From positions 37,376 to 101,375 of IMG/VR virus record IMGVR_UViG_3300046542_000074: a DNA stretch of 64,000 nucleotides; one strand, 5' to 3'. Under the pieces are notes generated by a model. The model was not told the DNA's origin. It searched no databases and saw nothing but the letters and a program-made list of their open reading frames with translations. Below are positions 8,556 through 17,600 of this stretch, piece after piece. The first letter of the stretch is position 1, and each line of letters begins with the position of its first letter. The stretch comes from a virus. The position numbers were made by a program, and so were the translations under genes.

Positions 8556-11500
8556 GTTAGAAATTAGGGTAGACAGTACCCCAACAGAGAAAGCAACCAA
8601 AGCGTTGAATGACTTTGCCAGTGCCGCTGATAAAGCTGCTCAAGCTGGTAAGGCTAAAGTTACAGTTGACAGAGAAGCTGCTGCTGCAAACGAGATCACC
8701 GCTAAGTCTGAAAAGAACCTTTCTGAAGTTATCGACTACCAAGCTCGTAAGTTAGCAACACTGAAAGAACAACGACGTGAACTTAACAAGTCTGACATGC
8801 GCAGTACTGCACCAGAAGAGTTCCGTAGACTTAACAGTATTCTGGATGCAAACATTGCTCTGGTGTACAAACAAGGCACCGCAAAGGATGTTCTCAACGC
8901 GAAGGAAGAACGAGGCATTGAAAAGCTCAATGCTGTTGTAGCTGGTTACGACAAAGTTTCCAAAGCTACCCTTGAGTATGACCGGAACATTGCTGCACTG
9001 AATAAGGGTTATGACAATGGCCTTCTTAGTACAGTAGCCTACAATAAAGCTCTTGCTGACCAAGCTGCACAACTTGAGAAAGTTAAAGCTGCTCAACCGG
9101 GCAGTAGCCAGTCTGTTGCTGCTGGCTATGAGAATGCTTTGAACAAGCTTGTTCCATATCGTGTGGAGATGACAAACCTTGCTGCTCAGGAAAAGATTCT
9201 CCAACAACAACGTGATGCGGGTAGTGTTAAAACTCCGGCACAGATTGCTGAATGGGATCGTGCAACCGCTGCAATTGCCTCTCAGCGTAAAGAGTATGAG
9301 CGACGAATCAAAGCTGGTAATGAGATGGGTATCTCTGCCAAACAAGAGCAAGCTGCTCTCCGTGGACTTCCAGCACAATTCACCGACGTTGTTGTTTCCC
9401 TGCAAGGTGGTCAAAATCCACTGACAGTATTGCTGCAACAAGGTGGACAAGTTAAAGATATGTTCGGTGGTATTGTTCCAGCCTTCAAAGCTGTAAGTAC
9501 TGCTGTTCTCTCTATGATCAGTCCGCTCACTGTTGGTGTAGCTGCAATTACTGCTCTTGGTGTTGCTGCCTATCAGGGCAGTCAAGAGTTCACCAACCTG
9601 CAAAGATCATTGGTCAAAGGTGGTGGGTTCTCTGGAGCCACACTCTCAGACCTTTTGGTATTCCAAACAACATTGGATAAAACAGCAGGAACTGCCAGTG
9701 ATGCAGCCGAAGCGTTAACACTTCTTGAAGCCTCCGGTAAGATATCTAAAGAAGTTTTTGTGAGCATTGGTGCTGCTGCTATCCAAATGCGGGAAGCCAC
9801 GGGTCAGTCTATTCAAGACACTGTAGAGGACTTTGCATCTCTTGGTAAAGACCCTGTAGACTCTGCTGTTCGATTGAACGAGAAGTATAAGTTTCTTACT
9901 GCTTCTGTACTTGCTCAAGCTGAAGCATTGGCTAGAGCCGGGGAGGAACAAAAGGCTACAATCCTCCTGCAAAGCCAAATGTCAGATGCTGCCTCTGATT
10001 CAGCAGAAAGGATCATCGATAAAGCTGGTGGTATCGAACGTGCTTACCGTGGGGTAAAGGGTGCCATATTAGAAACTTGGAATGTTCTTAAGGATCTAGG
10101 TCGTACCGATGATGAGTACAGACTTGCTGATCTTACTGCAAGAGAGGCAGCACTAAAAGCTGAACTTGATAGGAACAAGAATGGAAACTTTCTTGATAAA
10201 GCCATGTCTCGCCCAGATGTCTTGGTGGAAGCTAAGCTCAAAGAAACACAGACAGCTATTGCCGAACTTAAGAAGAAGTCAGACAAGGAAGCTTCTGAGG
10301 AAGCCATCAAAAATGCGAGGATTGAAGCTGATAGGAAGGCTGCGGTTTCTCAAGATTACATCCGACGTATTGCTGCTGGGTACGGAACTGCATCTCAGAA
10401 GGCACAGGCAGAGTTAGACAAGATTGACCAGAAACAAAAGGAAGTCTTGGATGCTGGTGTGCCAAACAAAGACCAAATGGATTTGTATACCAAAGCACGA
10501 TCTGTAGCTCAAACCAATCTTGATAAGGCAAAGGAAGCAGAAGCTGCTGCGAACAAACCTAAGACTGATCCAGCTCAAACTCAAGAAGTCGTTGAAGTTA
10601 AGAGTAATCTAACTGCTCTGGAAGCTGAATACGATGGTTACTACAAACGTGTAACTGCACTAGGCAAAGCCAACATCGTGACTCAGGAAGCTACAGTTGC
10701 GAGCCAACAAGCCATTCTTGAGGCTGAAAAGAAGGCTATCTCTGAGAACTATGATGCACAGATTAAAGCCATTCAAGCCCTACAAGGTAAGAAGACTAAC
10801 TCTGCTGCTACCAACATCTCTCTGGATAACCAAGTAACTAAAGCTGAAGCTGCCAAGGTGGCTGCACTTGAGAAACTGAACACTCGTCAAGAAGTGCTGG
10901 CTGATCAAGAGAAAGGCAGACTGTCACAACGTTCTGCTGCTATTGCCGCTTATGCAGATGCAATGCAACTCCAAGTTGATAACATTGTTGAACAAGGAGA
11001 ACGCCAAGCTAAGGCTGTAGGTCAAGGTGCTCGACAAGGCAAGTTGAATGAAGACCTCCGTGAGAATGATCGTAACTTCGAAAAGAACACACTCTCTCTT
11101 GCCAAGCGTAAAGATGAGATGGACCCAATCGAATATGCCGCTAATCTGAAAGCTGCTACACAAGCACACGATGATATGCGCAATGCCATCATCAACAATG
11201 ATCGCCAGATTGCTGCTGCTGAAGCTGATTGGACTAATGGTGTTACTCGTGCTTATGAGGATTATGCAGATAAGTCTCGTGACCTTGCCAGTACTGTGGA
11301 AGGTGCTATTACGGGTGCATTCAGTTCGATGGAAGATGCAATGGCTGAGTTTGCCACAACCGGTAAACTTAACTTCCGCAGTCTTGCCAACAGTATCATC
11401 AGTGACATGGCTAAGATCGCTGCTAAGCAAGCCACAAGCTCAGCTCTATCCAGTTTGTTTGGTATGGCACTTGGTGCTTATGGTGGTGGAGCTAACGGCT

Positions 11501-11997
11501 TTGCCTCGGGTAGTGCAGCGGCTGCTTCCTCTTCTGCTGGTGCATCTCAGGCTGGTTATGCCAACTTGAGTAACTGGAACATTAACGCTAAGGGTGGTGC
11601 ATTCACTGGTGGCCTTAAGTACTTTGCGAACGGTGGTGCATTCACCAACTCTATTGTTTCCTCTCCTACTGAGTTTGGTATGAGTAATGGTCAACGCGGA
11701 GTTATGGGTGAAGCTGGCCCTGAAGCAATCATGCCATTGAGCCGCACTTCTGACGGTAGCCTTGGTGTTCGTATGACTGGCGGCACTAGTACTTCAACAA
11801 GTAATTCTGGTGGGGTTCAAGTAAACATCAGCATCTCGGATAGCGGAGTATCCAGTAAAACAGAAGGTGGTGCAGGTGCAGGCTTCGATCAATTCGGTAA
11901 AGAGATTGGCGACTTTGTTGACGCTCGTTATCGTGTTCTTATTGGTCGTGACTTGAGAGACGGTGGTGCGATTAAGACAGCAATGTCTGGTCGCTAA
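8539..11997 (+). CDS. Tail tape measure protein
   Basis: 1152 aa, Ala-rich helical; QFTD..SLQGGQNPL.VLLQQGGQ and MGEAGPEAIMPL motifs. Confidence 0.95.
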   Translation: MPTIAELEIRVDSTPTEKATKALNDFASAADKAAQAGKAKVTVDREAAAANEITAKSEKNLSEVIDYQARKLATLKEQRRELNKSDMRSTAPEEFRRLNSILDANIALVYKQGTAKDVLNAKEERGIEKLNAVVAGYDKVSKATLEYDRNIAALNKGYDNGLLSTVAYNKALADQAAQLEKVKAAQPGSSQSVAAGYENALNKLVPYRVEMTNLAAQEKILQQQRDAGSVKTPAQIAEWDRATAAIASQRKEYERRIKAGNEMGISAKQEQAALRGLPAQFTDVVVSLQGGQNPLTVLLQQGGQVKDMFGGIVPAFKAVSTAVLSMISPLTVGVAAITALGVAAYQGSQEFTNLQRSLVKGGGFSGATLSDLLVFQTTLDKTAGTASDAAEALTLLEASGKISKEVFVSIGAAAIQMREATGQSIQDTVEDFASLGKDPVDSAVRLNEKYKFLTASVLAQAEALARAGEEQKATILLQSQMSDAASDSAERIIDKAGGIERAYRGVKGAILETWNVLKDLGRTDDEYRLADLTAREAALKAELDRNKNGNFLDKAMSRPDVLVEAKLKETQTAIAELKKKSDKEASEEAIKNARIEADRKAAVSQDYIRRIAAGYGTASQKAQAELDKIDQKQKEVLDAGVPNKDQMDLYTKARSVAQTNLDKAKEAEAAANKPKTDPAQTQEVVEVKSNLTALEAEYDGYYKRVTALGKANIVTQEATVASQQAILEAEKKAISENYDAQIKAIQALQGKKTNSAATNISLDNQVTKAEAAKVAALEKLNTRQEVLADQEKGRLSQRSAAIAAYADAMQLQVDNIVEQGERQAKAVGQGARQGKLNEDLRENDRNFEKNTLSLAKRKDEMDPIEYAANLKAATQAHDDMRNAIINNDRQIAAAEADWTNGVTRAYEDYADKSRDLASTVEGAITGAFSSMEDAMAEFATTGKLNFRSLANSIISDMAKIAAKQATSSALSSLFGMALGAYGGGANGFASGSAAAASSSAGASQAGYANLSNWNINAKGGAFTGGLKYFANGGAFTNSIVSSPTEFGMSNGQRGVMGEAGPEAIMPLSRTSDGSLGVRMTGGTSTSTSNSGGVQVNISISDSGVSSKTEGGAGAGFDQFGKEIGDFVDARYRVLIGRDLRDGGAIKTAMSGR

Positions 11998-12037
11998 GAT
12001 GCCGATTAAGTTGCCTCTATCGATCACCAAGAATCGA

Positions 12038-12067
12038 TTGACAAAATCTATCCCTACCTAGTAGAAT
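12038..12067 (+). promoter_or_regulatory. Sigma70-like promoter
   Basis: TTGACA-18 nt-TAGAAT. Confidence 0.55.
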
Positions 12068-12079
12068 AGATACTTATAA

Positions 12080-12116
12080 GGGAGGACTATTCACTTAGTT
12101 CCTCCCATTTTTATTT
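12080..12116 (+). terminator. Terminator-like hairpin after tape measure
   Basis: GGGAGGACTA-ttcact-TAGTTCCTCCC followed by ATTTTTATTT. Confidence 0.6.
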
Positions 12117-12129
12117 CAGGAGATTAATA

Positions 12130-12477
12130 ATGGCAACACAGACATTTACATGGCGTGTAGAGAGAGCGCCTGCTCCAACTATCAACTATCGAACAATCGA
12201 AGCTCAGTTTGGTGATGGGTTCAAACAAGTTAGCGCTGATGGTATCAACACAAAAGATGAATCGTTTGATATCACCACCAACGGTACAGATGCTGTGATT
12301 CAGGCTATCGTGGATTTCTTTGATGCTCACAATGGAACTAAGAGTTTCTTGTGGAAACCACCTTTCGGTAAGTTGTCCCTCTTCACATGCAAGACATTCA
12401 AAGCTGTCCCTCAAGGACCAAATATCAATGTGCTGACAGCAACCTTTGTTAAATCATTTTCGAGTGGAGTACCTTAA
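12130..12477 (+). CDS. Minor tail protein M-like (distal tail)
   Basis: AQFGDG..Q...DGIN and SFLWKPP motifs. Confidence 0.9.
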   Translation: MATQTFTWRVERAPAPTINYRTIEAQFGDGFKQVSADGINTKDESFDITTNGTDAVIQAIVDFFDAHNGTKSFLWKPPFGKLSLFTCKTFKAVPQGPNINVLTATFVKSFSSGVP

Positions 12478-13211
12478 TGGCAGTAGTTGACATTCATCAG
12501 ACGATCCAGAATCTTGAAGCAGGCAACAAAGTTAAGTTGATCGAAGTGGATTGTACTGAGTTTGGTGGTTCTGTTCTGAGGTTCCATAATTACAACGTCG
12601 ATTACACAGAAGCTGAACTTCTGGCTTTAGCGGGTGCTGCAAGTATCCCTCCTAAAGCAATTATGTTTCAAGGTAAGGCTTACAGTTGCTGGCCTTATGA
12701 ACTAACAGGCATGGATCAAGATGGTACTGGTTCCAGTCCAACTCCAACACTGACAGTGGCTAACCTTGACGGAACAATCAGTAGCATGTGTCTTCAGCTT
12801 CAGAACTTGTTTGAAGCTAAGGTGACAGAGCATACAACATTCTTGCCCTATCTGGATGGTAACTCAGACGCTGACCCAACAATGGAATTTACCCAAACTT
12901 GGTATATCAGCCGTAAGAGTAACGAGGATAACGTAAGTGTTTCTTGGGACTTGTCTTCTCCTGCTGATCTAACTGGACAGCAACTTCCACGTAGGCAGAT
13001 TCACAGCATGTGCCATTGGGCCTTGAATGGTCAGTATCGTGGTGCAGATTGTGGATACACAGGCACAAACTACTTCACCGACAAAGGTGTACCAACAGCT
13101 AACCCAGCGTTAGATGTGTGCGGTGGACTATGTAGCGACTGTAAGTTAAGGTTTGGCGCAGAACAACCCTTAAACTTCGGCGGGTTCATTGCAAGTAGTT
13201 TGATTGCTTAA
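12477..13211 (+). CDS. Minor tail protein L-like
   Basis: PTLTVAN; C.W...G.YRG..CGY..D.C.....C..RFG Fe-S motif. Confidence 0.9.
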   Translation: MAVVDIHQTIQNLEAGNKVKLIEVDCTEFGGSVLRFHNYNVDYTEAELLALAGAASIPPKAIMFQGKAYSCWPYELTGMDQDGTGSSPTPTLTVANLDGTISSMCLQLQNLFEAKVTEHTTFLPYLDGNSDADPTMEFTQTWYISRKSNEDNVSVSWDLSSPADLTGQQLPRRQIHSMCHWALNGQYRGADCGYTGTNYFTDKGVPTANPALDVCGGLCSDCKLRFGAEQPLNFGGFIASSLIA

Positions 13212-13222
13212 TAGGAGTAGAC

Positions 13223-14011
13223 ATGGACGAGAAAATTGTAAATGCGATGCTCAGGCACGCTGAGAAAGAATACCCGAATGAGAGTTGTGGTGTAGTTGTC
13301 AAGTTGAAGACTACGGATAAATACATTCCGTGTAAGAACATTGCCAAAGACCCAACTACAGGATTTAAGATGTGCCCTGAGTCCTATGCTAAAGCAGAAG
13401 ACATTGGTGACGTAATTGGTATTGTCCATAGTCACCCTGACGGCACAACAGTTCCTAGCGCACATGACTTAGCAATCATGAGTGTAAATCGAGAGATTGA
13501 ACTAGCTGTTAACCCAAACAGCGACGTTATCCCTTGGCACATAGTATCATGGCCTGAAGGTGATTATCGTCAAATTGATCCTGTAATACATGGTGATCTA
13601 TTGGGTAAACCCTTTGTACATGGTGTATGGGATTGCTGGCAGAGTTGTGCAGACTTCTACAAGAAACATTATGGCATTGACTTCCCTCATTACGAACGTG
13701 AAGACCTCTGGTGGGAAAAGAAAGATGGTCCTTCGCACTATGAAGATTTCTACGAGAGCGCAGGCTTCTATATAGTAAGTGAACCTGAGTATGGGGACAT
13801 GATTGTCATGCAAGTGGGTCATTCATACCATCCCAACCATGCGGGTATTTACCTTGGCTCGGTTACTGAGTTTGATGGTACACCACTTGGTGGTAATGGA
13901 CCATTCATGTTTCATCACATGTACAACAAGAAAAGTGAAGTGGTTGTATACGGTGGTCAATGGTCACAACGTACCCGACTTATATTGAGACATAAAAACA
14001 AAGGAGTTTAA
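13223..14011 (+). CDS. Tail tip protein K (JAB + NlpC/P60)
   Basis: YPNESCG, VHSHP, GVWDC and NHAGIYLG motifs. Confidence 0.92.
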   Translation: MDEKIVNAMLRHAEKEYPNESCGVVVKLKTTDKYIPCKNIAKDPTTGFKMCPESYAKAEDIGDVIGIVHSHPDGTTVPSAHDLAIMSVNREIELAVNPNSDVIPWHIVSWPEGDYRQIDPVIHGDLLGKPFVHGVWDCWQSCADFYKKHYGIDFPHYEREDLWWEKKDGPSHYEDFYESAGFYIVSEPEYGDMIVMQVGHSYHPNHAGIYLGSVTEFDGTPLGGNGPFMFHHMYNKKSEVVVYGGQWSQRTRLILRHKNKGV

Positions 14012-14014
14012 TAG

Positions 14015-14629
14015 ATGGCAGAGAAATGGGTTGAGGTTCGCCTCGGTGGTTATCTCAGACAATTCGGTAAGAGTCATCGGTTCCTCGTATCCAAACCTGC
14101 TGAAGCAATCCGTGCAATGTGTTTGCAGATTAAAGGCTTTGAGAATGCCATGCGTACAGCACACCATAAAGGTATTAAGTTCGCTGTGTTCAATGGTACA
14201 CGCAACGTAGAGGATCCAGACGAACTCTGGCTGGGCACTAAGGATGTACTTCGTATTGTTCCTCAGTATGAAGGTAGTAAAAGTGGACTTGGCACAGCAC
14301 TTGTAGGTGCATTGATTATTGCAGCGGTTGTACTTGCTGGCCCCGCTGGCTATGCCGCTGCCGGTGGTTTCCTCGCTAGTGGTACGGCTGCTGCATCTAT
14401 CGCAATGGGTGTGGGTGTTTCCCTCTTACTTGGTGGTGTTACACAAATGTTAACGCCACAAACACAAGGACTTAGTACAACAGAGGATGCCGACAACTCA
14501 GCGTCTTATGCCTTTGGTGGCCCTGTAGTTACAACAGCGCAAGGTAATCCGGTTCCACTGTTTTATGGGGATCGAGAGGTAGGTGGAGCATGTGTTTCCG
14601 TCTATATGATTTCTGAAGATCAAGCTTAA
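14015..14629 (+). CDS. Tail assembly protein I
   Basis: EAIRA and SYAFGGPV.T.AQGNPVPL.YG motifs. Confidence 0.9.
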   Translation: MAEKWVEVRLGGYLRQFGKSHRFLVSKPAEAIRAMCLQIKGFENAMRTAHHKGIKFAVFNGTRNVEDPDELWLGTKDVLRIVPQYEGSKSGLGTALVGALIIAAVVLAGPAGYAAAGGFLASGTAAASIAMGVGVSLLLGGVTQMLTPQTQGLSTTEDADNSASYAFGGPVVTTAQGNPVPLFYGDREVGGACVSVYMISEDQA

Positions 14630-14646
14630 TTAAAGGAGAACGTACC

Positions 14647-17600
14647 TTGCTTGAATACAATATCGAGGGTAGTAAGGGTGGGGGTGATAAACCTCACACT
14701 CCGGTAGAAACCCCAAACAACTTGCTGTCCGTAGCTCAAGCAAAGATTCTGATTGCTGTTGCTGAAGGTACACTGGGTGGCACTCCAACCGGTAAGGATA
14801 TCTTTCTTGGTGGCACTCCACTCTTAGATGCAAATGGCAATCCAAACTTTGGCGGTGTTACTTGGGAATGGCGTTCTGGTACTTCCCCACAAACTTACAT
14901 TCAAGGTATGCCGGATGTAAGTAATGAGATGACTGTCGGTGTAGAACTGACCAGCACTACGCCATACGTCCGTGCAATCACCAAGAGCACATTGTCTGCT
15001 GTACGAGTTACCCTGTCTTGGGCTGCTCTTATGCAACAGCAAAGTAACGGTGACACCACTGGCTACAAAATTGATTACGCTATCGACATCGCTACCAACG
15101 GTGGTGCTTATGTCTTGTATTCCAACTACACAGTTGATGGTAAGACTAACACAACTTACGAGCGTACCCACCGTGTGAACTTGCCTACAGGCACTAACTG
15201 GTCGTTGCGTGTTCGTCGTATTACCCCTAACTCTCAGTCAAGTACTATTCAAGATACCATGACTATCAAGAGTGTGGCTGAAGTAATCGACGTTAAGCAA
15301 ACCTACCCGAACACGGCTCTGCTGTTTGTACAGTTTGATTCCCGTTTGTTCGGCGGTACTATTCCAAAGATTTCTGTTCGCACCAAAGGTAAAGTAATTC
15401 GTGTCCCTGACAACTACGATCCTGAGACACGTTCTTACTCGGGTACATGGTCTGGTGCGTTCAAATGGGCATACAGCAACAACCCGGCTTGGGTGTTCTA
15501 TGACATTGTTACTGGTGATCGTTATGGTTTGGGTAGTCGTGTTACTGCCGACCAGATTGACAAGTGGGCTTTATATGAAGTAGCTCAATACTGTGACGTT
15601 CTAGTGGATGATGGCAAGGGTGCTGGCACTAAAGAACCTCGTCACACTTGCAACATCTACATTCAATCGAAAGCTGATGCTTGGACTGTATTGCGAGATA
15701 TCGCCAGTATCTTTAACGGCATGACCTACTGGAACGGTAACAAGTTTGTTGCTGTAGCTGATAAACAAGAGCCTCTGGATAACATCCCGGTGTTCGGTCG
15801 TTCCAACGTTGTAAATGGTAAGTTCAACTATCAAACCACTGACGTTCGTAGTATCAACACGTCGGCTCTGGTAAGTTACGATGATCCAAACAACCACTTC
15901 AACACAGAAGTCGAAGCTGTTTGGGAGAAGAGTCAAATTCTGCGATGGGGCGGTGATAAGCAAACTACTATGTCTGCTATCGGCTGTACCTCCCGTGGTC
16001 AAGCTCAGCGAATGGGTAAGTACAACCTAATCACTAACATGTACAACCGTACTGTCGTGTTCAAAACTGGCCTGCAAGGTCTGAATGAGCAAGTGGCTCC
16101 GGGTTCTGTTATTGGTGTAGCTGATCCACTGATTGCTGGTAAACCCTTCACAGGTCGCTTGGCTTCGGGTACAACCACTGTCGTAACTCTGGATCGTACA
16201 ACAGAAGCTAAAGCCGGTGACAAGTTGTTCATCACTAAGTCGGATGGCACTACCCAAGGCCGTACTGTTTCTGCTGTTTCGGGTAAAGTGATTACTCTAA
16301 CTACAGCCTACAGTGAAGTTCCAAAGATTGATGCTGTGTGGTACTTGGAAGCGTCAGACCTCAAGTCTCAACTGTTCCGAGTTATCAAGATCACTTCCCC
16401 AAGTGAATCTATTTACGAGATTACGGCTGCTGAGTACAATGACAGTAAGTTCGCTGCTATCGACAACGGCGCACGTCTGGAAGCTCGACCAATCAGTAAA
16501 GTTCCTTCTGGCTCTCAAGCTGCACCAGCTTCTGTAACTGTATCTGCGAAGAGTTACACAGAACAAACTCTTGCTGTAACCACAATGACTGTATCTTGGC
16601 CTCAAACACCAAATGCAACCTTGTATGAAGGCCAATGGCGAGTTGGTAGTGGTGATTGGGTTCCATTGGGCACAACTGGTGGATTGAACTTCGATGTGAA
16701 GGGTATTTACACTGGCGCCTACATTGCTCGTGTTCGTGCAATCAATGCCAGTGGTGTTATGTCTGTCTGGAAAGAGTCTGTACAAACAAACTTGGCTGGT
16801 AAAGTTGGTGCGCCTCCTGCACTGACAAGTTTGACAGTTACACCAATAGTGTTTGGTATGCAAATCAACTGGACCTTCCCTCAAGGTGCTGAAGACAGCG
16901 CACGTACAGAAATTATGTATAGTCAAACTCAATTCTTTGCTGATGCCAAGAAACTGGGTGACTTCGCATATCCACAAGCATCACACGAGATGAACGGATT
17001 GAAGGCTGGTCAACGGTTCTTCTTTTGGGGTCGTCTGGTAGACAGGACTGGTAACGTTGGTCCTTACTTCCCACTGACAACTGCTGTTGGTGTAATGGGT
17101 GAGTCAAGCACAGACTTTAGCGAGTATGAGGAATACTTCAAAGATCAAATCAACAACTCTGCACTTGGTCAAGAGCTAGCTGAGCGTATTGACAAGATCG
17201 AAGTCATTGAACGCACCACTGAAATTATTGAAGCTCAGCTTGGTGCAACTGAGGCAAGTGTTGCTGAAGTTAAAGAATCTACCGATCTTGCTGTTTCTGA
17301 TTTGAACCGAGATGTTGACCTGCTGAATAATGACTTAGCTGCATTGCAGACACAAGTAGATAACATCAAGGATGCTGCACTTTATGATCCAACAAAGACT
17401 TATGTGAAGGGTGATAGTGTCCGTGTTGGAGATCGCCTGTATCAAGCTAAGCAAGCTGTGCCGATCAACACTTCACCACCTAACACCACTTACTGGCTCG
17501 ATGTAGGTCAGGTGGTTGAAGAGGCTGGAGCGGTAGCGGTACAGGTTGGACTTAACACTGTGGCGATTTCAAACCAAGGCGGAATTCTTACTGCACAAGG

